A stretch of 63,060 nt of DNA, the filler included, from an uncultured Chlamydiae bacterium (GTDB taxonomy: Bacteria > Chlamydiota > Chlamydiia > Chlamydiales > SM23-39): assembly GCA_937899275.1 (NCBI GenBank). It is 5 parts of 5 records of this genome, joined end to end, with 100 filler letters (N's around TTAATTAATTAA, not from the genome) between each part and the next. Parts side by side here need not be neighbours in the genome. Positions count along the whole stretch, not along the records: positions 16,116 to 35,466 come from CALBPE010000046.1; positions 35,567 to 40,032 come from CALBPE010000048.1; 3 more parts are not named here. The stretch is one strand, 5' to 3'. This document shows, piece by piece, positions 28,170-39,478 of the stretch. The notes below the pieces were generated by a model. The model was not told the DNA's origin, did not search any database, and worked only from the letters and a program-made list of their open reading frames with translations. The position numbers were made by a program, and so were the translations under genes. Position 1 is the stretch's first letter; every line of letters starts with the position of its first letter.

Positions 28170-29129
28170 ATGAAATGGATTCTATGCATTTTCTGGGGAT
28201 ATGCCGCCATCATTTACGGACCTTTGTCTGCTATGGCAACAGCTATAGTTTGGCAAGAATCATTTGAAGCGGCGTTTTCTCAGAAAAAGCCGCTTTGTGT
28301 CTTTTGCCCCGGAAAAGGGGTATGGTCTAAAAAATTTGAGCAAGAAGTCTTTCAAGATGCTGCTTTTGTCAAAGCTGTGGGAAACCAGATGGTGTTTTTA
28401 CGCAGCGACCTTATACAGGAAAAGCCTTCTTTTTTGCCCTCTTTTGCTGAAGAGAATTTGCCTATTTGCTTAGTATTTGATGAGAAAAAACAGCAAATCA
28501 CCCAATTTGGCTATATCCCTTTTGGGGGTGAAGGCTACGCCAAGCATCTTTTAGAAGCAGTTGCAACGTACCGATCGATTCTTCATGCAGTAAACGGAAA
28601 GTGTACTGCAGTTGATCTAGAAAAAAAATGGCAAGAGGCAAAGCAGCTTGGCTGCTTATCTCTTGAGGATAAAATCTTAGAAAAGGGATTGCAGGACTCT
28701 TCTAGTACGTTTTTTTTATTGGAGAAGTATGCGCAGCTGGACTGCTCTATGAACGCCCAGCAAAGAAAGGATTTACGCCAAGAGATTGAGCTAAGAGATC
28801 CGAATAATCTTAGAGGGAGTTTTTACCGCCTGGCGCTTCTGGATTTTCAGTATCTAGTCAAGCGGATAAAAAATAGTTCTGATCCGAAAGAAATAATACA
28901 GCCGTTAACCGATTATTTAGCGCATTTTCCCGAAGATGAAGAGCGCATCTGGAAAGTGGAGATGATGGTATCTCAGTATTTATTCACCAAAGGTCTTTTA
29001 AATGATGCGCTGATTCATGCTAGGGCTTGTTATAAAAAAGCGCCGATTTCTATACGAAAAGATATTGCCGATTCCATTCAGCATATCCGGGGGGAGATGC
29101 GTGCAGAAAGAAAAATGGGTAGGGCGTAA
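28170..29129 (+). CDS. Thioredoxin-like (DsbH-related, lacking CxxC) plus helical/TPR-like protein (CT783-like)
   Basis: Signal peptide, IVWQESFEAAF..KKPLCVF..WSKKFEQEVF, C-terminal helical repeats. Near rnpA as in Chlamydia. Confidence 0.65.
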   Translation: MKWILCIFWGYAAIIYGPLSAMATAIVWQESFEAAFSQKKPLCVFCPGKGVWSKKFEQEVFQDAAFVKAVGNQMVFLRSDLIQEKPSFLPSFAEENLPICLVFDEKKQQITQFGYIPFGGEGYAKHLLEAVATYRSILHAVNGKCTAVDLEKKWQEAKQLGCLSLEDKILEKGLQDSSSTFFLLEKYAQLDCSMNAQQRKDLRQEIELRDPNNLRGSFYRLALLDFQYLVKRIKNSSDPKEIIQPLTDYLAHFPEDEERIWKVEMMVSQYLFTKGLLNDALIHARACYKKAPISIRKDIADSIQHIRGEMRAERKMGRA

Positions 29130-29130
29130 A

Positions 29131-31038
29131 TTACAGCTGGTGCGATTCAATAGACAACGAATTTTTTGGCAGTTCAAACAAAAACCTGGAAGGGTTACAG
29201 CGCACTTTTTTTCCCATTTTTGCCCGCTCTTTTGCCATACTTAGACAAAGATATTGTTTGGCCCTGGTGATTCCTACGTAAAAAAGCCTTCTTTCTTCTT
29301 CGTAATTTTTTTCTTCCTGACTTTTTTCATGCGGGAGAATGTGATCTTCCAATCCGAGTAAAAAACAGGCTGTGAACTCCAAGCCTTTTGCGCTGTGAAA
29401 GGTCATGAGTTTAACGGTATCTTCATCTTGTTTTCGATGTAGGGGAGTTTTTGTCAAAGACGATGCAGAAATAAAATCTTCTAATCCTTGGTCGGGGTGA
29501 TCTTGTTCAAAAGCTTCTAAACTAGCGAGAAACGCTTCAACGTTTTCCCATTTAAAACGCTGCATTTTTTCACTTTTCACCTCTTCTTCAATGGCTCTTT
29601 TATAATCGATTTCTTCTAAAAACCAAGAGAGTGTAGGAAAATAGGGTTTATTTTGTAGACGCTGTTTTGTTTCTTCAAATAGCGATACAAAGGACTTGAT
29701 CCCATTTTTTCCTCTAGATGAAATCTCTTCTTGGTCAATATGGGTGAAAAGAGAATATAAAGAAACGCCTGTTTGACGCGCTTTTTTAGTGAGCGTATCT
29801 AACGTTGGTGCAGAAATCCCTTTTCTTGGAACATTGATGATTCTAAGAAGAGACTCTTGGTCGTTTGGGTTAACAAGTGCTTTTAAGTACGCGCTGAGAT
29901 CTTTGATTTCTGCTCTTTCAGAAAAAGATAAGCCGCCGAATACTTCGTACGGAATACCTTGGTGCAATGCGCCTTTTTTCCAGTATCTAGCGGATAAAAG
30001 AGCTTTTTCTATCGTTCTTGCTAAAATATTAGAGCGGTATAAAATCCCAATATCTTTAAATGCATAGCCCCTTTGAGTAATCAAGCGAAGAAGCCTCTCT
30101 ACAATAGCTTCTGCTTCTTTTTCTTCGCTAGGCGCGTGGAAAATCGATATTTTAGAGGTGTCTTTTTTATCACACCAAAGCGTTTTTTTATGCCGATCTT
30201 GGTTTTTATCAATCAGTTGGTTGGCAGCATCTAAAATATGGGGGATAGAGCGGTAGTTTTGCTCTAGCTTGATGAGTCTATCATAAGAAAAGCGCAAGAT
30301 GTTTTGCATATCGGCTCCTCTAAAGCCGTAGATCGATTGATCATCATCGCCTACTACAAATAAATTGCGATGTTTTTTGGCTAGTAGTTCAGCTAGTCTA
30401 AATTGTACGGGATTGGTGTCTTGGTATTCATCAATCGAGATGTAGCGGAATCGATCTTGGTATTTTTCTAATACAGCCGGGTGCATCTCAAATAACTGGC
30501 AGGTCATCTCTAACAGATGATCAAAATCGAGCGCGTTGTAGGCTCTTAAAGCAAGGAACAGGCGGTCTACCACCTGTTTTACCTCAGGCGATGAGGGGTT
30601 TTTCCCTTTGGTTCTACTCTCTTGCATATCTTGTAGAATCTCTTGAGTGGAAAGCGTTGTTTCTAAAGCAAGCTCTTTTACAATATTTTTTACAAGCCTT
30701 TGGATGTCTTTTTCATCGTATAAACTAAATTTTTTTGTGTAGCCTAAACGGCAGATATCTGCTCTAAGAACGCTTACGCAAAAGCTGTGAAATGTGCTTA
30801 AAAAGACTTGATCGGCAGGTTTTCCCAGCTCTTTTTTCAGCCGTTCCTGCATCTCTTTGGCCGCTTTATTGGTAAAAGTCAGGCCTAAAATCGCTGTAGG
30901 GGCAATGTTTTTTATCTGGATCATGTAGAGCATCCGTTGGATGATCACACGGGTTTTACCCGAGCCTGCGCCTGCCAAGACGAGAACTCTTCCTTCAATT
31001 TGCTCTGCTGCTTTTTTTTGTTCAGGATTGAGATGCAT
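29131..31038 (-). CDS. UvrD/Rep/PcrA family DNA helicase
   Basis: LAGAGSGKT, TFTNKAA, DEYQDTN, VGDDDQSIY, QNYRS, TFHSAKGLEF, EERRLFYVGITRA. Confidence 0.96.
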   Translation of the reverse strand: MHLNPEQKKAAEQIEGRVLVLAGAGSGKTRVIIQRMLYMIQIKNIAPTAILGLTFTNKAAKEMQERLKKELGKPADQVFLSTFHSFCVSVLRADICRLGYTKKFSLYDEKDIQRLVKNIVKELALETTLSTQEILQDMQESRTKGKNPSSPEVKQVVDRLFLALRAYNALDFDHLLEMTCQLFEMHPAVLEKYQDRFRYISIDEYQDTNPVQFRLAELLAKKHRNLFVVGDDDQSIYGFRGADMQNILRFSYDRLIKLEQNYRSIPHILDAANQLIDKNQDRHKKTLWCDKKDTSKISIFHAPSEEKEAEAIVERLLRLITQRGYAFKDIGILYRSNILARTIEKALLSARYWKKGALHQGIPYEVFGGLSFSERAEIKDLSAYLKALVNPNDQESLLRIINVPRKGISAPTLDTLTKKARQTGVSLYSLFTHIDQEEISSRGKNGIKSFVSLFEETKQRLQNKPYFPTLSWFLEEIDYKRAIEEEVKSEKMQRFKWENVEAFLASLEAFEQDHPDQGLEDFISASSLTKTPLHRKQDEDTVKLMTFHSAKGLEFTACFLLGLEDHILPHEKSQEEKNYEEERRLFYVGITRAKQYLCLSMAKERAKMGKKVRCNPSRFLFELPKNSLSIESHQL

Positions 31039-31354
31039 GGACGAGCTGCAAAATTTCTTGTAAAAGCTCTGCTGTTTTAGCGCTTTTCACATGTCTTTTG
31101 GGAAATAGATGCAGTAAGCATCCCTTTGGAAGATCAGGCATAGCTTGTTTAAAAGCTTCTCTTGCAATGCGCTTAAAGCGGTTTCTTTCCACCGCAGATC
31201 CAAACTTCGTAGGCGCTGTGATGCCAAGTTTTGTGGCCGATGTAGGATCGATGTAAAAATCGATGGATACCAAAGATCCCTTAATCCGCTTGGATCGCTT
31301 CAAAAGAACTTTATACTCGATTCTTTTTTTTAAGCGAAATTGGCTAGGCAGCAA
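31022..31354 (-). CDS. rnpA: Ribonuclease P protein component
   Basis: [24 protein letters not shown]. Follows rpmH. Confidence 0.93.
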   Translation of the reverse strand: MLPSQFRLKKRIEYKVLLKRSKRIKGSLVSIDFYIDPTSATKLGITAPTKFGSAVERNRFKRIAREAFKQAMPDLPKGCLLHLFPKRHVKSAKTAELLQEILQLVHASQS

Positions 31355-31478
31355 GAACTTTTCGTCCCTTTTGCCTTCTTCTTTGGATCACTTTTCTGCC
31401 GTTAGCAGTTTTCATCCGATTTCTAAATCCGTGCGTCTTTTTTCGACGTCTGTTACTCGGTTGGTATGTTCTTTTCAT
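31344..31478 (-). CDS. rpmH: 50S ribosomal protein L34 (absent from the ORF track)
   Basis: Manual translation [44 protein letters not shown], with GAGGAG RBS. Confidence 0.96.
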   Translation of the reverse strand: MKRTYQPSNRRRKKTHGFRNRMKTANGRKVIQRRRQKGRKVLAA

Positions 31479-31605
31479 AGAATCTCCTCTAGTTATCTAG
31501 TAAAATACCAAGAAAATCGGAAAATTCTCAAGGGAAAAGATTGATAAGAAAAGAGAAAAGAAGTATAAATGTGTACTTTACATAGACTATTAATTGGAAA
31601 ATTTT

Positions 31606-31743
31606 ATGAAATGCAAAGCTTCTATTAAAGCAAATCCTGCGAAGGGAGATAAAATTGTGCGTCGTCGAGGACGGCTCTATGTGATCAATAAAAAAGATCC
31701 CAACCGTAAACAAAGGCAGAAAGGACCTGCGCTAAAAAAATAA
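31606..31743 (+). CDS. rpmJ: 50S ribosomal protein L36, zinc-free type (absent from the ORF track)
   Basis: Manual translation [45 protein letters not shown]. Confidence 0.95.
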   Translation: MKCKASIKANPAKGDKIVRRRGRLYVINKKDPNRKQRQKGPALKK

Positions 31744-31756
31744 TTGAAGGAATTTC

Positions 31757-32062
31757 ATGGCGAGAAAATCAGCAATTGCAAAGCAAAAAAGACGCAAAAA
31801 AATGGTCGACGATAAATGGGCCAAAAGAACCCGTTTAAAGAAAGTCTTAATTAGCCCAACTGCTTCTGAGGAAGAAAAAGAGTTGGCAATGGCTACTTTA
31901 AATAAAATGCCGAAAAATTCTTCTTATATCCGCCTTCGTAACCGTTGCAAAATGACGGGAAGATGCAGAGGATATATGGGTAAGTTTAAGTTATCTAGAC
32001 TGTGTTTTAGAGAGCTTGCTTTGAGTGGAATGATTCCAGGCATGACCAAAGCTTCTTGGTAG
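31757..32062 (+). CDS. rpsN: 30S ribosomal protein S14
   Basis: [30 protein letters not shown]. Confidence 0.97.
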   Translation: MARKSAIAKQKRRKKMVDDKWAKRTRLKKVLISPTASEEEKELAMATLNKMPKNSSYIRLRNRCKMTGRCRGYMGKFKLSRLCFRELALSGMIPGMTKASW

Positions 32063-32064
32063 AA

Positions 32065-32442
32065 TTACTCAAGAAGCTCATTAAAAGAAGTGTGTTGGAG
32101 CGTTTTCCACTGCTCCATCCCTTCTTTCCAAAGATAAGAATTCTTAGATAAAACCTTTTTTTCTATCAGTTCCTGTACCTTATATCCGCTTACAGGCCCT
32201 TTTTCTTCATGCTGATCATCTAAATAAAACCAAAATCCCTCTTCGATGGAGATTTTTTTTGGCGGTTTTACTTTCTTTTTACTCCCAAAGTAGACAACGC
32301 CTACTGTAATTAGCGGAGATAAAAGTAGGCTTAAAAAAAAGGCAAAGAAAGGGGAGTAACCTCTTTTTTTTGCGAAATACGCGTTCATTAATGAGAACAA
32401 AATCAGTAGAGCGATATAAGATGCAGAAATTTCGAAATGCAT
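32065..32442 (-). CDS. Membrane protein with DUF4339/GYF_2 domain
   Basis: Two TM segments followed by WFYLD...GPVS...LWKEGMEQW. Confidence 0.82.
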   Translation of the reverse strand: MHFEISASYIALLILFSLMNAYFAKKRGYSPFFAFFLSLLLSPLITVGVVYFGSKKKVKPPKKISIEEGFWFYLDDQHEEKGPVSGYKVQELIEKKVLSKNSYLWKEGMEQWKTLQHTSFNELLE

Positions 32443-32522
32443 GCGTACTAAAAAAAGAGTCTTGGTTTGTGTTTACCCTCATGTTATTATACACTCATGG
32501 TAAAAAACTTTGAAGGTATTTT

Positions 32523-32972
32523 ATGTATGATACGTTAAAGCAAATGGATACAAAGGAAATTGAGCTTCCTGAAACCACGTTTATCCGAGATATTGAAAGT
32601 AAGGTGTTTCAGGCAATTACCCTACAATGCCTAGCGAAAATTGAGGGGATTAGTCTACTTGAAAACACGCTGTTTGATTCTCTTTTAGGACGAGAATTTG
32701 AAAGGGTCAAAGGGATTTATGTAGAACAAGATCAAAAAAAGCATTTTGTTCGCGTGCGGATTGAAATCAATATCGAGTATGGGATTTCTATTCCAAAAAA
32801 ATCAGAGGAAATTCAGTCGAAAATTGTGGAAGAAATCAGCAACTTAACTGGTTTACATGTAGGTTCTGTGCATGTGATTTTCAAAAGCTTGATTACACAA
32901 AGCGCTCAAGAAAAAGAAGAGGAGCATGAAGAAGAAAAAGAAGATACCGATGAATATGAAGAGGGATTTTAA
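32523..32972 (+). CDS. Asp23/Gls24 family protein
   Basis: KGIYVE, INIEYGISIP...IQSKI...LTGLHVGSVHV, acidic tail. Confidence 0.88.
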   Translation: MYDTLKQMDTKEIELPETTFIRDIESKVFQAITLQCLAKIEGISLLENTLFDSLLGREFERVKGIYVEQDQKKHFVRVRIEINIEYGISIPKKSEEIQSKIVEEISNLTGLHVGSVHVIFKSLITQSAQEKEEEHEEEKEDTDEYEEGF

Positions 32973-33461
32973 TTGCCCCGTACCTATTTTTCCCTCTTCC
33001 ATGTACTGCTTTTTTTTTATTTTTTGATCACAGGGCTATTTTTTGCAGCTACTTGGTATGTAAGTGCCTACCGGTGGAACGTCGCTATGCTATTTTTTCA
33101 AAAGCCGTATATTAGCTTTGTGCTGACCGCGGTTTCTTTTCTTTTTTCGATCGCGATTTTTTTTCTTTTCCCGCAGAAAAAACATATCCGTTTTCAAATG
33201 GTTCCCCACTCTGTGGATATCGACTGCAATGTGATCCGCTCCTATGTACATGAGTTTTGGCAAGAGGAATTTCCTAAAGTAGTCAAGGATTTCGATCTTT
33301 TTATTTTGCCTGATAATACATTGGAAATCTCTGTGAAATTAGCGATGATTGATCTAGATATGCGCAAGCGGTTTTTGGAAAAATCAGAATATGGTCTCGG
33401 AAAAATCTTATCGGGGTTTTTGGACTACCACCAAAAGTTTTATATCAATATCCATGTATAG
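32973..33461 (+). CDS. Hypothetical membrane protein (AmaP-like position and topology)
   Basis: Two N-terminal TM helices and a soluble domain, starting immediately after the Asp23 gene. Confidence 0.6.
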   Translation: MPRTYFSLFHVLLFFYFLITGLFFAATWYVSAYRWNVAMLFFQKPYISFVLTAVSFLFSIAIFFLFPQKKHIRFQMVPHSVDIDCNVIRSYVHEFWQEEFPKVVKDFDLFILPDNTLEISVKLAMIDLDMRKRFLEKSEYGLGKILSGFLDYHQKFYINIHV

Positions 33462-33469
33462 GGAGCTTT

Positions 33470-35284
33470 TTACGCGTTTTTGAAAAAAAATGCTTCGAGA
33501 GCTTCTATATCTTTTTTTGAAATCCCCTCTATTTTACATGTCCCTTCTTTTAAAGAAGCTTTGATTCCAGTAACGGAGCCAAAACTTTTGAGTAAAATTG
33601 TCCGTTTTTTCGGGCCGATGCCAGGCACTTCTTCGAGCTGGGTTTGTATCGTGCTTTTACTCCGTTTTTTTCGGTGAAATGAGATGACAACGCGGTGCGT
33701 TTCATCGCGTATTTTTTGTAGAAGAAATAAGCTAGGCGAGTGTTTTGGAAGAGAAAGAGGCTTTGCAAAGGGTCTATGGATGACTTCTTTTGTCAGCCCT
33801 TTTGTATGTAAAGATGCTTCTTTTGCGATACCAATGACATCAACACCTGCGATATTTTCCTCTTCTAATACCTTTAAAGCGGTGTTAAGGTGCCCTTTTC
33901 CCCCATCGATGATCAAAAGATCGGGGAAGTGTTCGATTTTTTTCGTATACCTTCTAAGAGCTTCTTTTAAAGAGGCGTAATCATCTGGTTTACCTTTTGT
34001 ATCTATTGTAAAATACCTTTGTAGAGAAGGCTCTTTTTTTCCATCTACAAATACCACGACAGCGGAAGCGGCATACGCTCCTTGTATATTTGAGCTGTCT
34101 AAACAAGCAATTGTTTTGGGAAAATCTTGTAAAGAAAGGGTTTCTTGTAAGACAAGAAGCTGTTTTTCCCGAATGGTTTTTGCATCTTTATCCCGGTGAA
34201 ATACCGCTTTTGCATTGTCTAATGCCATGCGTAAAAGAACGGTTTTTTCTCCTTTTTGCGGTCTATTGATCGTGACTTTTTTACCCCTTGTTTCAGATAA
34301 AATAGCGGCAAGAGTGTTTTGGTTTTCTAAAGCAATAGGCACAAGAATTTCCTCTGGAATTTCTTCTTTTTCATAATGCTGCAGGAAAAACGTTTCTAAT
34401 ACGGCAGGATTTTCTGATAAAACAGAGCTAAAGGTAAAGTGGTCTGATCCGATCAAACGGTGCTCTCGAAATAGTAGTTTTATGATCACTAGGTAGTCTG
34501 CTTCCCTATATAAGCCAATCACATCAGAGTAGCGGCTTGCACTATTATCTACATACTGCTTCGATAAAATCTGTTCGATTTTTCCAATCATATCTCGAAG
34601 GGATGCTGCTTTTTCAAATAAAAGATTTTCTGCAGCTTTTTGCATTTCTTGTTTGAGTGATTCGATGATGCTTTGATCTTTACCTGAAAGGAGTTTTCGG
34701 ACTTTTGTAACAAGGTCAAGATACGTTTCTTTAGAACAAAGATTGACGCAAGGAGCTTCACACCGTTTCATCCCATGCAAAAGACAGGGCCTTGTTCTTC
34801 TAGAAAGCTCTTCATCAGAGCACTCTCGAAGGGGAAAAATCCTATTCATCAAATCGAGTACTTCACGAGCTACTTTAGCATTGGTATAAGGACCGAAAGT
34901 ATTTCTGATATCAGCGCTTCTTTTTTTGTGCCTCTCCATTTTTAAACGGGGCCAAGGGTGTTTGGTTAAGACGATATTCATGTATCTTTTATCGTCTTTT
35001 AATAGCGCATTGTACTTGGGTTTATGTTTCTTAATGAGCGTGCTTTCTAAGATGAGCGCATCTCTTTCTGAAGGCACTACAATCACATCAATCGTTCGAA
35101 CGCAGCGGATAAGGTAAGGGATCATCGCCCTATCATCGCCGCTTTTCGTAAAGTACTGGCGAAGGCGCGCTTTTAAATTGTTGGCTTTACCTACATATAA
35201 GACGCGGTCCTTTTCATCTTTCATCAGGTATACGCCGCTTTTTTCTGGATAGCGCGAAAGGGTCTTTATATCAAATGATTGCAT
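33470..35284 (-). CDS. uvrC: Excinuclease ABC subunit C
   Basis: GVYLM..VLYVGKA GIY-YIG domain, PKYNALLKDDK, PDLLIIDGGKGHL, C-terminal HhH GIGPK. Confidence 0.97.
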   Translation of the reverse strand: MQSFDIKTLSRYPEKSGVYLMKDEKDRVLYVGKANNLKARLRQYFTKSGDDRAMIPYLIRCVRTIDVIVVPSERDALILESTLIKKHKPKYNALLKDDKRYMNIVLTKHPWPRLKMERHKKRSADIRNTFGPYTNAKVAREVLDLMNRIFPLRECSDEELSRRTRPCLLHGMKRCEAPCVNLCSKETYLDLVTKVRKLLSGKDQSIIESLKQEMQKAAENLLFEKAASLRDMIGKIEQILSKQYVDNSASRYSDVIGLYREADYLVIIKLLFREHRLIGSDHFTFSSVLSENPAVLETFFLQHYEKEEIPEEILVPIALENQNTLAAILSETRGKKVTINRPQKGEKTVLLRMALDNAKAVFHRDKDAKTIREKQLLVLQETLSLQDFPKTIACLDSSNIQGAYAASAVVVFVDGKKEPSLQRYFTIDTKGKPDDYASLKEALRRYTKKIEHFPDLLIIDGGKGHLNTALKVLEEENIAGVDVIGIAKEASLHTKGLTKEVIHRPFAKPLSLPKHSPSLFLLQKIRDETHRVVISFHRKKRSKSTIQTQLEEVPGIGPKKRTILLKSFGSVTGIKASLKEGTCKIEGISKKDIEALEAFFFKNA

Positions 35285-35466
35285 CGTTTTTTATTCTACT
35301 ACAGAAGGGATTATCTTATCTGCAAAGGACTAAAGATTTGTATTTCAGGAAGTATTTGCAGAAAATGAAGACTCCCACTTTGACTGCGAACGTATATACA
35401 GATGTAAGTAAGCTTTCTTTATCATTAGTTGCATCAGTAGAGGAGTGAAATTCTTTCGCTTTTTTT

Positions 35467-35566
35467 NNNNNNNNNNNNNNNNNNNNNNNNNNNNNNNNNN
35501 NNNNNNNNNNTTAATTAATTAANNNNNNNNNNNNNNNNNNNNNNNNNNNNNNNNNNNNNNNNNNNN
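35467..35566. other. Artificial contig spacer
   Basis: N44-TTAATTAATTAA-N44. Confidence 0.99.
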
Positions 35567-35802
35567 AGGCGGCGAATCCCTCATACTATGAGAAATTCAA
35601 GACGGCTTTGAAAACCAACGCTATTTTTGGAGCAGTCCATATGAGTCCTCTCCAAGGTTGGCTGAATATTCCCATCTTTGTGGCCACTTTTATCATGGGC
35701 ATGAGCTTTAGTCTTTTAAAGGAAGTAACGGGAGATTTATGGGCCCCTACTATTTGCCATTCTGTGAATAATACCATAGCTACCATCTCATTAAGAATGT
35801 GA
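35567..35802 (+). CDS. CPBP (Abi/CAAX) intramembrane metalloprotease, C-terminal fragment
   Basis: AIFGAVH and TGDLWAPTICHSVNN motifs. 5' end lost at the contig edge. Confidence 0.8.
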
Positions 35803-35833
35803 CGGGCATCTCAAGAAGCTATCCGCATACGGG

Positions 35834-38800
35834 TTAAACGCGCATCATCTCTTGGTGTTTTTCTACCAAATCCAGCATCTTTTGATAGACTTGTTTCGTA
35901 TCTAATGCAGGAAAACTCGTTTGTAAAACGCGCTTTGTATCATAAAAAAGAAAGCGGTAGGCAGGCTCTTTTTCAAGAGCAATTTCTGCAAGCGCTTGAT
36001 CAGCAAAAGATGTATTTTTTGCTAATACACATAGATGCTTTTTACAAATAGCAATGCTTTTTTGCACCGTTTTTTGAAATCCCACAATCTGCGCTACGCT
36101 GCAGGGACTTTTCCTACTGTGAATAAGCGCATCTATATACCCTCGAATAGGAAAAGGGTTTCTTGCAATGAGACTTTCTAAGCTCGTTTTTTTTGTATGT
36201 CGAATGGCAAGACCTTTCGATGCATGAATCACCTGACTTTTTGTCCTGCGACAAAAGTCTTCAATGGCCCGTTTTTCCATTAACCAAGCTGTTTTTGTTT
36301 TTAGAGTAGATCCATCTCCGGTATCTGTGGTTTCTATCACCTCTTCTTCCGGCACGTTATCCGCGCTTTTTACAATACCTTCCGCGTATCTTTTTTCTTG
36401 AAGATAGGCAAGATCTACTCCCACAAGAACAATAGGATTGCAACCTAGAAAATCAGCGATTTCTAAAGCAAGAGTTGTCACCGATAGCGCCTCATAGCTG
36501 AGATATTCACCTATACATGCTCCTTTTAAATCCATATATTCCTCTAACCACCGGTAAGCATACTGCCCCATTGAAGAGCGGATATATCCTGCAAAAGCGC
36601 TACTAGTTGCAAAGCAGTCGGGAAATAATCTAGGTGTATATAAAAAAGGCATAGAAAAAGCAGTATTTTGCTTGAGCCGGAAAAGCTCCTCAAGGTTAGG
36701 GTCCAAAAAGATCCCTAGATGAGGCTCAATTAGCTCTTTTGACAAAGCAGCGATAGAAGAGCCGACAGATGTGATCACAGCTTTTTGTTCTAACTGCTGT
36801 AGATAAGGATATGCAGTTTGCAAAGAAGGTCCAGCTCCTGTAATCACCATGGGAATATCTTTGAGCTGACCTCGCAGATCATTTAAATAAAACCCCTCCA
36901 TAAGGCGGGGGATATTCCGCCAAAAATTGCGAAAGGGTAAGTACGCATGTAGGCGATCTTTTTGTAATAATGAAGCAAAAAGAACAGCCGATTGCATCTG
37001 CGTTTTCCAGTGAGTAAACGTCTTATTTTCTTCCCCAGTCAACGTAGATTTTACGCTGATGAATGCGCGTTTTTCCTCGTGAAAAGAAGCAGACCATACA
37101 GCTGGAAATGAGCGCTCTAATAGCGCTACTGACACTTTAGGGCGTGATTATATAGTAGAAGCGCTTTTCTGCTGTAGGAATATCTGCAGCTCTTGCAGAT
37201 CAAAAATGGTAAAAATCCACTGTTTTTGGATCAAAGCAAGCTGCGGAACAAAACCATCGGGGTGGGTTAATCCAAAAGTATAAACAACGGGAAAATTGCG
37301 CAGCGCTTTTTGTATTTGCTCTTGCTTTTCTGGAAAAAGCGCTTCTACTGATCTATTTTTTATAGGCATGCGGCTTACAAAAAATGCCGCTTGTGGATTT
37401 TTCTTCTCTAATAGAGCGCAGTTTGTCTTAAAGTGACTTGTTTGGTGTAGATCCGTCTTCAACAAGATGTCCCCGGTCATCCCAAAGAATATCTTTATCT
37501 GTTTTTTTTCCAAGAGAAAAGCGCGTTTCTCGTTTTTTTTGTCCATTTTCCCAGAAAAATAGACAAACGCCATCTAAAAGACCTTGGGTATACTCTAGCT
37601 GCATGCGCAAAATACCTGTAGAAAAATAGTAGAGCTGCTGACCCCATTTTTCTCCTTGCGAATACCTCTCTTTAGAGGAGAGTTTTCCCGAAGTGAAGTA
37701 TTGATAGCTATAGCCAGTAAGCTTCCCTTTCCAAAAGTACTGCTCTTTCAGAAGCGTTTTTTTTTCGTCCAGGTGAGAGAAATAACGGGTAGGTCCATGA
37801 AGAGTCGAACCTTGATAAGCGATTTCCCAAGAGATGAGATCATCTGGGGAAGATCCTCGAACAATTTTCTCTATCTTTCCTTGCAAGGTCTCAAGGGTGA
37901 TTGGATCTTGTATAGAAAATGCTGTCAATGACCCCTCCAAACAGGATCGGGAAAAAGCTGCGATACATGCTCAATAAAAAGCAGCTTTTGTAAAGCCAAG
38001 GTATGCGGCTTTCCATCTCCTTTAGCCAGGATAACAGGAGAAAAGAGATTCCAAAAAAACTCGATGTGTTTTTTATAGAAAATCTCTTTTTCTAAAGGGG
38101 AAAAAAAATGAGGAGAAATGGAGCGTTTATGGTGATAAAGCCCTTCGAGTAGTGTAATTTTTTTCTTCACAAAGCTGAGTCAAGAGCGACTACTTTGATT
38201 GATTGTTTCCACATCGATATCTAGAGGGTATATAGGCATACTAGCGATCTTTTTTTTCACCATAGCTTGCATATCAAAGGAGATAGGAGCAAGACCTGAA
38301 AAGGGTTTGATCCCAGGAAATCCCAGACCTTGACTTGTCGCATTTTGTAGTCGATTGGGAAAATGTTGGTTCGTTTCACAAAACCAATTTCTGGTAAATA
38401 CCCAATCTCTTTGGGCCAGTACATCTGATCCAAATTTATCTTTCAACTGAATTAAAGAGGTGTTTTCCTTTGGCACTTCTAAGTCTTGCGCGTAAGATTT
38501 TTCCTTGCTATGACAAAGGTCTAGCCCTACTAAGATTACAGGAGAACAGCCCATAAAAAGCGCTACCTTGCATAAAAACGTGGATACATTCCAGCCGTAG
38601 TCATCTGGCTGCAGCGATAACCCGGTCAGCTGCGCGATTTCTTCTTCTAGCAAGAACCCCCCATTCGATGAGGCGAGTAGAGGTGGTTTTTTCCCCATAG
38701 CCACATTTTCTGGGTTCAATCGCAGCTGAAATAAAAAATCAGGCGAGCTAAGGTCAGCCAGCTGCAGGATATCTTTAGGAGACTTTTAATCAATTGATGC

Positions 38801-39478
38801 TGCAAAATGAGGCGTCATTTGTTTTTTCTGCAAAACTGCCAGGCTAGAGCCGCCAGCAAATAGCAGGCCAGGATATTTTTTCAATAGATCAGCATCTTGA
38901 TCTAAACTAGGGCCTGCTCCTATGATCCAAGCAGGTATTTTGGGGAAAGCATTTTTAAAATCGGCAAGATTTCTTACATGGGTTAACTGTTGTAGATTTT
39001 TCAACACGTTTTTCACCACTTTTTCCCCAAAGTCGCTGTAATCAGAAAAAGTAAAGTGCACCCCCTCTTTTAAGTGGCGTATCCTATCTTCTTTAGGCGA
39101 CGGCTTTTTCACGGAAATCAGCGCCGTTTTATCGGCTATGTGACGCCAAAAAAGGATTTTATACATCTCATAAAGGGCGAGTTTTTCTTGAGCAAAATGC
39201 CACTCTACCGATGGATGCTTGAGTATGGTTTCTGCTAAAGGCTCTTGGGCAAAAAGCTTGAGCTCCTCTACTGCATCTTCTACAAAAATCAGCCGTACAT
39301 TTTTTGCATCAAGCTGTTTTTGTAATAGAAGAAAAGTAGCTACAGAAAAGCCATAACAAAAATACACAGCAGCTTTTTCGAGCGGCTCTTTGGGCGCTTG
39401 GTGCCTACTTTTTGCCGTAGGCTCTGGGATAGAAGAGATATTAGAAAACTTTTTTTCGATTAACTCAGCGACTGCCAT
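35834..39478 (-). pseudogene. Fragmented gene: Maf-type (MAF_flag10/DUF115) domain, MORN-like repeats, second Maf-type domain
   Basis: Six consecutive ORFs linked by in-frame stops (38786, 38180, 37148) and two frameshifts (~37930, ~37430-37570). Each Maf unit has (I/T)GAGPSL and (F)xGCxP(V/I)xLVGxDL. The middle has G..HG....F / G..DG....W..NGQ repeats. Confidence 0.75.

Noticed and set aside
31606..32062. Zinc-free L36 and long S14 as a zinc-starvation paralog operon
   Set aside because: These are the ordinary chlamydial forms at their conserved locus.
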